Part shown: in pieces, positions 28,974 through 38,733 of the stretch
Layout of the letters: every line of letters starts with the position of its first letter
Position numbering within the stretch: position 1 is the first letter of the stretch
Assembly (NCBI GenBank): GCA_963783375.1
Contig: CAWANH010000028.1
Span: 1,600,001 to 1,664,000 of the forward strand
Reading direction: 5' to 3'
DNA: 64,000 bases
Source of the DNA: Candidatus Eiseniibacteriota bacterium
GTDB lineage: Bacteria > Eisenbacteria > RBG-16-71-46 > JABDJR01
Made by a program: the position numbers and the translations under genes
The notes under the pieces: model-generated
Database searches by the model: none
The model's input: the letters and a program-made list of their open reading frames with translations, nothing else
Told to the model about the DNA's origin: nothing

Positions 28974-31121
28974 GTGCCCGAGATCTCGATCGTAATCGTG
29001 TCCTACCGGACCCCCGAGCATCTGCGGCGGTGCCTGGAGGTTCTGGCCGGGGACCCCGTCCGCCGGAGCCGGGAGGTCCTGGTGGTGGACAACGACTCCG
29101 GGGACGAGAGCGTGGAGGTCGCCCGCTCTTTCGAGGGCGTACGGGTGATCGAGACCGGGGAGAACCTGGGGTTCGCGGGGGGGGTCAACCGGGGCCTGGC
29201 CGAATCCCTGGGACGGTTCATCACGGTGATGAACCCGGACGTGGAGGTCCGGCCGGGAGCGCTGGACGCCCTGGCCGATTTCCTGGAGACCCATCCCGAG
29301 GCCGGGCTCGCCGCTCCGAAGCTGCTGAACCCGGACGGCACCCTCCAGCATTCCTGCCGCCGCTTCTACACCCTCACCACCCTGCTCCTTCGGCGGACCT
29401 TCCTCGGCCGGCTCTTTCCCGGCGCCGCCCCCCTCCGCCGTCACCTGATGCTCGACTACGATCACGACACGCCCCGGGCGGTGGACTGGGTGGCCGGGGC
29501 CATGATGACGGTGCGGCGGGAGGCGCTGGACGACGTGGGTCCGATGGACGATCGCTACTTTCTCTACTTCGAGGACGTGGACTGGTGCACCCGCATGCAG
29601 GCCCGGGGGTGGTCGGTGCATTACGTCCCCGACGCCACGGTGATCCACCACTGGCAGCGGGCGAGCCGGAACTTCGGCCCCGCCGCGCGGAGGCACCTGC
29701 GAAGCGGACTCCGGTTCTTCGACCGGTGGAGCGGATTCCTCCTCGTCCTCCGCCAGTACGGCGGTCTCTGGCGGACCGCGTCCCTCCTGGCGCTGGACCT
29801 GATCGCGGTGGCCGCGGCCTTCCTCGCCGCCTACCTCTTCCGCCAGCAGATGGCCTTCATCCTCCACAAGCCGGTCTGGGGGCTCTCCTTCTACGGGGGG
29901 TTCTTCGCGGCCAGCGTGGTGGTGTACGTCGCGGCGTTTTCCCTCCAGGGGCTCTATCGCGAGATTCGGGAAGGGGACTGGGTGGACGTGGCCTTCCGGG
30001 TGGGGAAGGGCGCCATCCTGGGCGCCCTCATCCTGATGGCCAGCACCTTCGTCCTCGACATGCGTTCCTACTCCCGGCTCATCGTGATCGGGATGTGGCC
30101 CCTGGCCGCCCTCCTCGCCTTCGCCGGCCGCCGGGGCCTGTACACCCTCTTCGCCCGGGCCCGCCGTGACCGCTGGAATCTTCGCCGGGTGGCGCTGTTG
30201 GGGGACGACCCGGCGTTCGACGGTCTGGAGCGCGTGCTGCGCGAGAACCCCGAGCTGGGGTGGGAACCGGTCCGGCTCCGCCGGACCCCCTGGCGCGGTC
30301 GCCCCGTTGCCGAGGCCGGGGCTCTGATGGTGAAGCGGCTCGCCGGAGAGCGGGTCTCGGAGGCGGTGGTCTCTCCCGAATCCCTGGGGGTGGCGGAAGA
30401 GGATCTCCTGGCCACCGTCCTTCCGCTTCGTCGCGCCGGTTTCGGGGTGCGGGTGGTGTCCTCGTTCCTGGCCGGACTACCCCCGCGGGCCCGCCTGGAG
30501 CGGGTGGGCGGGATTTCCTGGCTCACCCTGGAGCGTCCGGCGCTCCGGCCGGCCCGGGCCCAGAAACGGGCTTTCGATCTGGTCGGGGCGGCGGTTTTCA
30601 CCGTCATCGGTCTCGTCCCCTTCCTGGCCGGGGCGGTGGCCCGCGCCCTGAGCGGGCGCCCGGTCAGGGGACCGGGGGAACAATGGCAGGGGCGTTGGGG
30701 TGAGACGCATCGGGTGCGCCCGGTGTCGGGGTCCGGCTGGCTCCGGCTCTACCCGCTGATGGCCGAGGTCTTGCGCGGGCGCTTCAGCCTGGTCGGCCCG
30801 CGGCCCCTCCATCCCGGGGAAACCGTCCCCGGTGGGGAGACCTGGCTTCGGGTTCGCGAACACCATCGTCCGGGTCTGGTGGGGCCGTGGAGCCTGGCTC
30901 CGGCCCCGTCCCCCCAGGAGGAGATGCAGCAGGAACTGCGCTATCTGGAAGACTGGTCCCCCGAGCTGGACCTCAAACTTCTGGCCCGCGTGGCGCTTCG
31001 GCGCCCCCGGCAAGGCGGCGGCAAGGGGTCCGCCACCCCGGTGACGCGGGCCCATCCCGAGAGCGATGCCACGCCGGCCACGACGCCGCAGCGTGCGCAG
31101 TCGATGGGGATCCCCACGTGA
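28974..31121 (+). CDS. GT2 (WbbL/GT_2_like_c) fused to a 4-TM + Rossmann + degenerate WcaJ/WbaP-type phosphoglycosyl-transferase domain
   Basis: GT2 part: VDNDSGD, NLGFAGGVN, MNPD, YFLYFEDVDWC. C-terminal part: KRAFDL, SLVGPRP, RPGLVG, RYLEDWSPELDLKLL. Confidence 0.85.
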   Translation: MPEISIVIVSYRTPEHLRRCLEVLAGDPVRRSREVLVVDNDSGDESVEVARSFEGVRVIETGENLGFAGGVNRGLAESLGRFITVMNPDVEVRPGALDALADFLETHPEAGLAAPKLLNPDGTLQHSCRRFYTLTTLLLRRTFLGRLFPGAAPLRRHLMLDYDHDTPRAVDWVAGAMMTVRREALDDVGPMDDRYFLYFEDVDWCTRMQARGWSVHYVPDATVIHHWQRASRNFGPAARRHLRSGLRFFDRWSGFLLVLRQYGGLWRTASLLALDLIAVAAAFLAAYLFRQQMAFILHKPVWGLSFYGGFFAASVVVYVAAFSLQGLYREIREGDWVDVAFRVGKGAILGALILMASTFVLDMRSYSRLIVIGMWPLAALLAFAGRRGLYTLFARARRDRWNLRRVALLGDDPAFDGLERVLRENPELGWEPVRLRRTPWRGRPVAEAGALMVKRLAGERVSEAVVSPESLGVAEEDLLATVLPLRRAGFGVRVVSSFLAGLPPRARLERVGGISWLTLERPALRPARAQKRAFDLVGAAVFTVIGLVPFLAGAVARALSGRPVRGPGEQWQGRWGETHRVRPVSGSGWLRLYPLMAEVLRGRFSLVGPRPLHPGETVPGGETWLRVREHHRPGLVGPWSLAPAPSPQEEMQQELRYLEDWSPELDLKLLARVALRRPRQGGGKGSATPVTRAHPESDATPATTPQRAQSMGIPT

Positions 31122-33427
31122 TGCCAAGAAACCGTTCCGACGCGCGCGGTGCCGGACGAAGGGGTCTGGGGCCCCTTCTCCTTCTATTCGCGGTCTGGGG
31201 GGCGCTGGGGCTCGCCGCCGCCCGTCCCGCCCCGGCCCAGAACATCGCCGGGGCCATGACCCCCTACCTGAATGCCTCCGACCTTCACGAGATGGACCAG
31301 GACGACACCGGGGCGCTCTGGATCGCGTCCAACGGCGGCGCGCTCCGCTTCGAGGTCGGGAACCGCACCTGGACCCGGTTCCCCAAACTCTCCGGCACCG
31401 GCCCCCGTGGGAACGATCTCACCACCCTTTGCGTCGACCCCTCGGGGAGGGTGTGGACGGGGAGCGCCACCCGCGGGGTCACGGTCTACGATCCGCTTCT
31501 CGGCGGCTGGGACCGGAGTTCCCCGGAGGACTGGACCGATCCGAGGATCCGGGTGGTGCGTTGCGTGGGCCAGGCGATCTACGTGGGCACCCAGAACGGG
31601 CTCACCATCAAGCCGACTCCCTCCCGGTCGGATCTCTGCGCTCCGGATCTGCCTTCCTGCGTGATCCCGTCCTACGTGGTCAACGACTTCGCCCGGATGG
31701 GGGACACGGTGTGGGTCGCCACCCAGGGAGGGTTGGGCCGCTACAACGGCGAGGCCTGGGACGAGCCGTCCTCCCTCCCCGCGGGATCGATCGGGCAGGA
31801 CTCCCGCTCCCTGGCCGTGTTCCAGGGAAACCTGTGGGAAGCCACCGGCGGAGCGGTTCGCCGGCTGGAGGGGGGCCAATGGCAGAGCACCGCGCTCAGC
31901 GGGGCGCGGGCGCTCAGGGTGGTGGCGGACTCGCTCTATGCGATCCGGGGGAGCGCGGTGTACCGGTGGGACGCCGGGGCCTCGGACTGGAACGACCTGG
32001 GCCTTCCCACCGGGGGCGCCGAGGTGAGGGATCTTCGCCGGATCGCCGGCTCCTACTACCTGACCACTTCGGACGGACTCCTGGTGGTGCCGGACGGAGG
32101 GGGGTCGGCGGAACGGCTCCTGCCGCCCGGCCCCGCCCTCACGACCCCGGTGGGCGGTCTGGCCGTGGACGCCTCGGGGACGGTCTGGGCGGGGACCCAG
32201 CAGGGCGAGATCGGGCTCATGAGCTTCGATGGAACCTCCTGGTCGCTCACCGGATCCGCGGACGGGCTCACCGACCGCTGGATCTGGAACATCCTTGCCG
32301 TCCCCGACGACAACCTCTGGATCGGCCACTGCTGCTGCAACGAACTCCCGATGGGTTGTGGGACCGACCTTCGGGTGTCCGGAAGCCTCCGCACCGTGCC
32401 GGACGTGGGCGACGTGTTCGCCTTCGCCCGGGACCCCTCCGGCCGGATCTGGGCCGGCACCGACGGATTCGGGGCGGTGGTCCTCGAGAACGCGGGCGGC
32501 GACCAGTGGGTGCCCACCTTGAACCTCACGGTGGGAAACCTGGGCTCGAAGTTCGCATCGGACTTCGTGACCGCGGTGGCGGTGACCTCGGACGGGACCT
32601 ACTTCGGGCACTTCGCCGGGGGCGTGGACTACTGGCGGCACGGGCCGAGTCTCGAGGGCGGAACCTGGACCCACTACTCCGCGCTCACCGGATCGCTCCT
32701 GGACGACAACGTGCACACCGCGGTGGTCTCCGGGGACGACGTCTGGATCGGAACCACCACCGGAATCCACCGTTTCCGGAACGGCTCCCTCGTGAGCGCC
32801 TGCGAGACCCGGGTGGCCGGGGATCCCAACGACGGTCCCCGGACGGTGCGGGCCATCGTCCCCGACCGGTTGGGCAATCTGTGGGTGGGAACGGAGAACG
32901 GGCTCTTGTTCCTTCCCCGCGGGGGAACCTGCGACGTCAGCGGGGGACAGTTCATCCCCTATAACGAGAACAACTCGGCCCTCCCTTCGAGCCAGATCTT
33001 CTCCGGGGCGCTCGATCCCGTCGACGGCTCGGTCTGGTTCGGCACCGGCGGGACCGATCAGAGCAGCTCCGGGTTGGTCCGGATCGATCCCCTGACCTTC
33101 GTGGGGCGGGAGCCGCCGGCCGACCGCTACGTGCTCTACCCCAACCCTCTCGATCTCCGCTCGGTGAACGAGACGCGACGGGTCACCTTCGGCCTCCTGG
33201 TCGCCGGTCTGAACGTCCAACCCGCCTCGGGCGACGCGACTTCCCGGCCCGAGGTGTTCGACCTTTCCGGGGCCCGGGTAGGCCGCTTCGACGTCGACCT
33301 CCGGGACAATTCCTGGGTGTGGAACGGCAAGAATTCGAACGGCAACGTGGTGGCCCCGGGGATCTACCTGGTCCGCGCCCAGACCCCCGACGGTCCGGTG
33401 GTGCTCCGTCTGGGGGTCATCTGGTGA
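31121..33427 (+). CDS. Secreted beta-propeller protein (two-component regulator propeller/PorZ-like) with T9SS type A / FlgD-like C-terminal domain
   Basis: Signal peptide (...APA|QN), repeated D-xx-G-x-(L/V/I)W-x-GT blades, CTD motifs YPNP, VFDLSG, WNGKNSNGNVVAPGIYLV. Confidence 0.8.
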   Translation: MPRNRSDARGAGRRGLGPLLLLFAVWGALGLAAARPAPAQNIAGAMTPYLNASDLHEMDQDDTGALWIASNGGALRFEVGNRTWTRFPKLSGTGPRGNDLTTLCVDPSGRVWTGSATRGVTVYDPLLGGWDRSSPEDWTDPRIRVVRCVGQAIYVGTQNGLTIKPTPSRSDLCAPDLPSCVIPSYVVNDFARMGDTVWVATQGGLGRYNGEAWDEPSSLPAGSIGQDSRSLAVFQGNLWEATGGAVRRLEGGQWQSTALSGARALRVVADSLYAIRGSAVYRWDAGASDWNDLGLPTGGAEVRDLRRIAGSYYLTTSDGLLVVPDGGGSAERLLPPGPALTTPVGGLAVDASGTVWAGTQQGEIGLMSFDGTSWSLTGSADGLTDRWIWNILAVPDDNLWIGHCCCNELPMGCGTDLRVSGSLRTVPDVGDVFAFARDPSGRIWAGTDGFGAVVLENAGGDQWVPTLNLTVGNLGSKFASDFVTAVAVTSDGTYFGHFAGGVDYWRHGPSLEGGTWTHYSALTGSLLDDNVHTAVVSGDDVWIGTTTGIHRFRNGSLVSACETRVAGDPNDGPRTVRAIVPDRLGNLWVGTENGLLFLPRGGTCDVSGGQFIPYNENNSALPSSQIFSGALDPVDGSVWFGTGGTDQSSSGLVRIDPLTFVGREPPADRYVLYPNPLDLRSVNETRRVTFGLLVAGLNVQPASGDATSRPEVFDLSGARVGRFDVDLRDNSWVWNGKNSNGNVVAPGIYLVRAQTPDGPVVLRLGVIW

Positions 33428-34878
33428 GCGAGACGCGAGTCCTGGTGGTAGGCGCGGGGAGTGCGGGGCGGATGGCGGTGGCCGCGATGCGCGCCCATCC
33501 CGATTCCGGTCTCCTCCCGGTGGGGTTCATCGACGACGATCCCGCCAAGCGGGGGACCCGGATCGAGGGGATCCCGGTCATCGGGGGGCGGGACGACATT
33601 CCGCGCGCGCTCGGTGAGAGCGGCGCCGACGAAATCCTGATCGCGCTTCCCTCGGTGCACGGCGGGGTGATCCGCCAGATCGTGGAAACGTGCCGGGCGC
33701 ACCGGGTGCGTTTCCGCATCGTTCCCGGGATCTGGGAGATCATCCGGGGAGACGTGAAGATCGAGCAGATCCGGAACACCGAGCCCGAGGACCTCCTGGG
33801 CCGGGAGACGGTGGAGGCGGACATGGGGCTGGTGGCTCCCGCCTACCGGGGAAAGCGGGTCCTGGTGACCGGGGCCGGTGGCTCGATCGGACGGGAGCTG
33901 GCCCGGCAGGTGATGGCCCTCGAGCCGCGTTCCCTGGTGCTGCTCGGCCGGGGAGAGAACAGCCTGTTCGAAACCGAGGTCGCGCTCCGCCGGGAAGTCG
34001 AGGGTCCAAAGCCGGAGCTGGCGCTGGTGAACCTCCGCGACGTTCCCGCGGTCCGGCGGGCCTTCGCCCGGGCGCGTCCCCAGGTCGTCCTCCACGCCGC
34101 CGCCCACAAGCACGTCACCTTCATGCAGCGCTATCCCGAAGAGGCGATCGTCAACAACATCCTGGCCACCCGGGACCTCATGGACGCGGCGGAGGGAATC
34201 GGGGCCGAGCGCTTCGTGATGCTGAGCACGGACAAGGCGGTGAACCCGCGGAGCGTGATGGGCGCCTCGAAGCGGGTGGCCGAACTCCTCATCTCCGAGC
34301 GCACCACCCGGGGATCGAACACCCGGTTCATGGCCGTCCGGTTCGGAAACGTCCTGGGGAGCCGGGGCTCGGTGGTGCCGCTCTTCCTCCACCAGATCGC
34401 CGCCGGCGGTCCGGTCACCATCTCCGATCCCGGGGCCGCCCGCTACTTCATGACCGTGAAGGAAGCGGCGATGCTGGTCCTGGAAGCGGGGGCGTTGGGG
34501 GAGGGCGGCGAGGTCTTCATCCTGGACATGGGGGAGCAGATCCCGATCCTGGAGCTGGCCCGGGACCTCATCATCCTCCAGGGGCTTCGCCCCGACGACG
34601 ACGTGGCGCTCAAGATCATCGGGCTCGCCCCCGGAGAGAAGCTCCGCGAGGAGCTGGTGCACGACTTCGAGGAACTCGCTCCCACCCGGGTGCCCAAGAT
34701 CCGCGCGGCGAAGCGGAAGGCCGGAGAGCCCCCGGTGGTGGAGCCGGCGCTGAAACGCCTGGAGGCCCTGGCCGGGACCGCCGACCGCGCGGGGATCCTG
34801 GCCGCGCTGGAGGCGCTGCTTCCCGAGGCCCGCCTCACCGGGGCGGAGGAGACCCCGCCCCGATCCGACGGGGCCTAG
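33424..34878 (+). CDS. UDP-GlcNAc 4,6-dehydratase (PglF/CapD/WbpM-like) lacking the N-terminal TM domain
   Basis: VGAGSAG, GFIDDDP, EDLLGR, TGAGGSIG, HAAAHKHV, STDKAVNP, RFGNVLGSRGSV, GEKLREEL. Confidence 0.9.
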   Translation: MSETRVLVVGAGSAGRMAVAAMRAHPDSGLLPVGFIDDDPAKRGTRIEGIPVIGGRDDIPRALGESGADEILIALPSVHGGVIRQIVETCRAHRVRFRIVPGIWEIIRGDVKIEQIRNTEPEDLLGRETVEADMGLVAPAYRGKRVLVTGAGGSIGRELARQVMALEPRSLVLLGRGENSLFETEVALRREVEGPKPELALVNLRDVPAVRRAFARARPQVVLHAAAHKHVTFMQRYPEEAIVNNILATRDLMDAAEGIGAERFVMLSTDKAVNPRSVMGASKRVAELLISERTTRGSNTRFMAVRFGNVLGSRGSVVPLFLHQIAAGGPVTISDPGAARYFMTVKEAAMLVLEAGALGEGGEVFILDMGEQIPILELARDLIILQGLRPDDDVALKIIGLAPGEKLREELVHDFEELAPTRVPKIRAAKRKAGEPPVVEPALKRLEALAGTADRAGILAALEALLPEARLTGAEETPPRSDGA

Positions 34879-34880
34879 CG

Positions 34881-35867
34881 GTGCGCGTCCGCCTGGTCGA
34901 CCGACCCCCCGAAGCGTGGGACGCCCTGTGGCGGGCCGACCCCCGCGCCACGCTCTTTCAGCACTCCCGCTGGATGGAGGCGATCACCCGCGGGTACCCG
35001 TCCTACCGGCCGCTCTGGCTCACCGCGGAATCCGAGGGCCGGGTCGCGGGCGTGCTTCCCCTGGTGCGACACCGGAAGTGGGGCCTGGACCAGTATCTCT
35101 CCATGCCCTTCGGCACCCACGGCGGTCCCTTGGTGGATCCCGCCGCGCCGGGTCCGGTCGTCGCCGCCCTGGCCGGGGGATTCCGGAAGCTCGGCCTCGG
35201 CCTGCGGGTGATCCGCTTCGAGATGTCCGTGTTCGATCCCTCCGAGGCCGTCCGTTCCGCCATGGCCGGCCCGCTCGGCGCCTGGTTCCAGGACTTCCGG
35301 ACCCACCGGATCGATCTCACCGTGGGCTTCGACGAACTCTGGAGCCGGCGCTATCACAAGAACACCCGGAACTGCGTGCGGATGGCGGAGCGGGCCGGGG
35401 TCACGGTGAGGGAGGAACGGGGGGCGGAGGCGGTGGAGATCCTCTGTCGCTTCTATGCCGCCCAGGCCGAGGGCTGGGAGGGGATCCATCCCTACCCCCG
35501 CGAAGCGGTGGAGCGGATCGTCGGGGTTCTGGGCGCCGACGCGCGCATCTACATGGCCCGGAACGCGGAAGGGGAGCCCTTGGGCGCGGTGCTGAACCTG
35601 GAGCACGACGGTCGCGACGTTCATCCCTGGATGAGCGGGACGGTCCCCGCGGCCCGGCCGGTGCGGGCATCCCATCTTCTCTACAACCACGCGCTCCGCG
35701 ACGCCTGCGACCGGGGGCTCACGAGCTGGGACTTCGGCGGAAGCGGCGGCAACGAGAGGATCGAGTTCTTCAAGGCCTCCTTCGGGGCCCGGCCCGCCCC
35801 GGTGCTCCGCTGCTTCCGCGCGGCCGGCTGGTATCGCCGTCTTCGAAAGGGGCCGGCGTGGGACTGA
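34881..35867 (+). CDS. GNAT-fold acyl/aminoacyl-transferase (FemAB/CelD-BcsL-like)
   Basis: ATLFQHSRW, SMPFGTHGG, RNCVRMAERAGV, WDFGGS, FKASFGA. Confidence 0.8.
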   Translation: MRVRLVDRPPEAWDALWRADPRATLFQHSRWMEAITRGYPSYRPLWLTAESEGRVAGVLPLVRHRKWGLDQYLSMPFGTHGGPLVDPAAPGPVVAALAGGFRKLGLGLRVIRFEMSVFDPSEAVRSAMAGPLGAWFQDFRTHRIDLTVGFDELWSRRYHKNTRNCVRMAERAGVTVREERGAEAVEILCRFYAAQAEGWEGIHPYPREAVERIVGVLGADARIYMARNAEGEPLGAVLNLEHDGRDVHPWMSGTVPAARPVRASHLLYNHALRDACDRGLTSWDFGGSGGNERIEFFKASFGARPAPVLRCFRAAGWYRRLRKGPAWD

Positions 35868-37447
35868 GCCCGCGCCTCCACCCGCCGCTCCTGGCCCTGG
35901 CCGCGCTCCTGGTGGCCATGGCCCTCCTCGCCCCGTACCACACCCGGCCCTTCGTCCGGGCGGACGGGGTCACGGTGCCCCTTCTGGCCCCCGACCGCCT
36001 GAGCCCCCACTCCGACGTCTGGGACTACCTCCAGCTCGGCCGCCGGATCCAGCAGGGACACGGGCTGACCAGCCGCTTCACCTACGTGCCGTTCCTTCCC
36101 GAGTCGGTGCGCGGGACCGCGCCTCCCCAGGCGTTCCCGCTCTACTGGCGTCCCCCGGGGTTCCCGGTCCTGGTGGCCGCGGCGTTCACCCTGGCCGGGG
36201 AACCGGATCCGGAAGCCTTCCTGGCCGTCCAGGCCCTGTCCGTCCTGCTGCTGGTCCTGGCCGCGTACTCGCTCGGCCGCCGGGCGCTCACCCCGGGGTG
36301 GGCGGCGATGGCCGCGCTATGGACGCTCTTCTCCCCGGTGGTCCTGGGCGCGGAAGCCCCCATGGTCGCCACCACGTTCTTCGCCGCCTGGATCACCCTG
36401 ACCCTGACCGCCCTCCTCGCCGCCGAGCGCCCCCGGGCCCAGCTCGGGGCGGGGATCCTCCTCGGCCTGGCCGGGCTTCTCCGGCTCGAGACCTGGATCC
36501 TCGCCCCCGGCCTGGTCCTGGCCTTCGCCCTGGCCCGCCGGGAGAACCGGATCGGCGGCCTCGCCCGGGTTCTGGGCGCCGCGGCGGTGGTGGCGGCGGT
36601 GTGGCCGATCCGCCTCTACCATCTCACCGGAAACCCCTTCTACAACGCGTCGTCCCTCCTCTACCACGCCACCGCCGCCTTCCCCTCCTGGACCGCATCC
36701 CGTACCCTCGCGGTCCGTGAGATGGAACCCTTCGGCTTCGTGCTCCAGAACTTCGGGAACGTGGCGATGAAGAGCGCGCTCGACCTGGCCCGCTTCGCCC
36801 GCGATCTGGTCTTCCTGCCCTCGCTCTTCCTCATGCCCTTCTGGGCGGTGGGGATCCTCCGTCCGCCGAAGGAGCGACGGGGCCGGGCGCTGGTTATCGG
36901 CGCGGCGCTGGCGGGAGCGGCGCTCCTCCTCGCCCTGGCCCCGATGGAGTACAGCCGGCGCTTTCTGGCCCCGGCGGTCCCGGTTCTGGCGGTGGTCGCG
37001 GCGGGGGTCATGGCCCGGCTCCCGCGGTACCGGGGCTGGTCGGCGGCGGTGGCCACCGGGATCGGGGCGGCGACCCTGATCGTCGCGCTGGCCGGGCGGA
37101 CGGCCGACGGCCGGACCGGGGCCGCGGCCCGCGAGCTGGATCGGGCGCTCGCCCGTCCCGAGGCCTCGGCGCTCGCACACGGAGCGGTGGCTCTCTCCGA
37201 CGCCCCCACCCTCTACGCCTGGATATGGGACCGCCCCGTGGTGGGAGCCCCGTTGGCCGCCGATCTCCCCGCGGTCCGGAAGCTGCTCGGGGATCGGGTC
37301 GAGGGGGTCTTCACCTGCGGGCTGGGGGCCGACGGATTCGTCGAGGAGGACCTGCTCCGGACCTACGCCGCCGCCGGAGGCGTGGTGGTGGGCGCGCCCT
37401 GCCCCGCGCTGGTGCGCTTCGCTCCCGCGGGGGGGCCGGAGCGATGA
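35858..37447 (+). CDS. GT-C-fold membrane glycosyltransferase (ArnT/PMT-like)
   Basis: Acidic first loop (SDVWDYLQLGR), YWRPPGFP, GLLRLE, GNPFY, RRFLAP, many TM segments. Confidence 0.65.
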   Translation: MGLSPRLHPPLLALAALLVAMALLAPYHTRPFVRADGVTVPLLAPDRLSPHSDVWDYLQLGRRIQQGHGLTSRFTYVPFLPESVRGTAPPQAFPLYWRPPGFPVLVAAAFTLAGEPDPEAFLAVQALSVLLLVLAAYSLGRRALTPGWAAMAALWTLFSPVVLGAEAPMVATTFFAAWITLTLTALLAAERPRAQLGAGILLGLAGLLRLETWILAPGLVLAFALARRENRIGGLARVLGAAAVVAAVWPIRLYHLTGNPFYNASSLLYHATAAFPSWTASRTLAVREMEPFGFVLQNFGNVAMKSALDLARFARDLVFLPSLFLMPFWAVGILRPPKERRGRALVIGAALAGAALLLALAPMEYSRRFLAPAVPVLAVVAAGVMARLPRYRGWSAAVATGIGAATLIVALAGRTADGRTGAAARELDRALARPEASALAHGAVALSDAPTLYAWIWDRPVVGAPLAADLPAVRKLLGDRVEGVFTCGLGADGFVEEDLLRTYAAAGGVVVGAPCPALVRFAPAGGPER

Positions 37448-38733
37448 GCGCGCGGGTTCGGTTGTTGCGGTTTCCGCCGCCGTACCGGGCCGCGGTCACG
37501 ATCTCCAACGATCTCGATGATCTTCTGGAGCCCCGCGGCTGGTGGGAGTTCCTCCGATTCCTCAACACCGGCGAGACCACCCGGTTCGGCGAGGGCCTGG
37601 ATCTCGAGATCGGGGACTCGTTCTGGTTCTGGAGCGACCACTACGACGAGCAGCCCGGGGCGTGGTTCGATCACCTCGGCGCCGAGCCCTCACCCTTCGC
37701 CCCCTACTTCGCCGCCCTCGGCCGCTCCGGCCATCTCGACACCCTCCATAGCTACGGAAATTTCAGCCGCCACGGGGGATTCAACCGCGAGCACGCGCGG
37801 ATCGCCGCCGGGGTGCTGGCCGAGGAGGGATTTGTCCCTCCGGTATGGGTGAACCACGGGGGAGCCCACGATTTCCAGAACCTCTGGACGGGCTGCGGCG
37901 ACGTGCCGGAAAACCCCGAAGCGGAGGGAGCGCCCGCGCCGGAGTATCACCTCGACCTCACCTGGCCCCTGGGGTTTCGCTACGCCTGGATCGGGGAGCT
38001 CACCGCGGTGCCGGGGCAGGACCGGCGGTTGGGCGCCGGGGATTGGCTGGGATCGGATCCGGCGCTCCGGCGGGAGGCGACCGGCTACTGGCTTCGCTCC
38101 GCGGTGCGCCGGCTCGCCTACCGAGGCCTTCTCGAGCGCGCGCCGAACTATCCCACGCTTCGGAACCGCCTGATCCGCCCGCGGGTGATGCGGGACGGAA
38201 GGACGGTGGCCACCTTCGTCCGCTACGGGGATTTCGGCCGGGCCACCTTCGCCGATCTGGCCTCGATCCTCTCACCGGGAATCCTCGACGCGATGGAGCG
38301 CTCGGGGGGGATCTCGATCGTCTTCACCCACTGGTGCAAGCACCCGGGGCGCCGCTTCGAGGATCTCGACCCCGGCGGGCTGGCCGCGCTTCGCGATCTC
38401 GGGCGGCGGGCCCGGGAGAAGCGGCTCTGGGTGATCGCCGCCGCGAGGCTCCTCCGCTACGCCGAGGCCCACCGGGCGGTGCGCTTCACCGCCGGAACCC
38501 AGGACGGCGTCACGATCGTCCGGCTCGCCGCCGACCCGCTTCCCGACGGGAGGGTTCTCACCGCCGGGGACCTGGCCGGGTTGAGCTTCAGCGTCCCCGA
38601 TCCCGCGCGGGTAAAGTTCCTTTTCGCCGATCGTCCGGTGGCGGTGGAGCCGATCTCCGGCGAGCCGGGGGCGGTATGGGTTCCGCTCACGCCGCTCGGG
38701 TTCCCCGACCCGCCGCGGGGGGCGCGCGGATGA
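37444..38733 (+). CDS. Hypothetical protein, polysaccharide deacetylase (NodB/CE4)-like fold
   Basis: AAVTISNDLDD, DTLHSYG, WVNHG, IVFTHW, LWV motifs typical of deacetylase-like proteins in polysaccharide loci. Confidence 0.55.
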   Translation: MSARVRLLRFPPPYRAAVTISNDLDDLLEPRGWWEFLRFLNTGETTRFGEGLDLEIGDSFWFWSDHYDEQPGAWFDHLGAEPSPFAPYFAALGRSGHLDTLHSYGNFSRHGGFNREHARIAAGVLAEEGFVPPVWVNHGGAHDFQNLWTGCGDVPENPEAEGAPAPEYHLDLTWPLGFRYAWIGELTAVPGQDRRLGAGDWLGSDPALRREATGYWLRSAVRRLAYRGLLERAPNYPTLRNRLIRPRVMRDGRTVATFVRYGDFGRATFADLASILSPGILDAMERSGGISIVFTHWCKHPGRRFEDLDPGGLAALRDLGRRAREKRLWVIAAARLLRYAEAHRAVRFTAGTQDGVTIVRLAADPLPDGRVLTAGDLAGLSFSVPDPARVKFLFADRPVAVEPISGEPGAVWVPLTPLGFPDPPRGARG

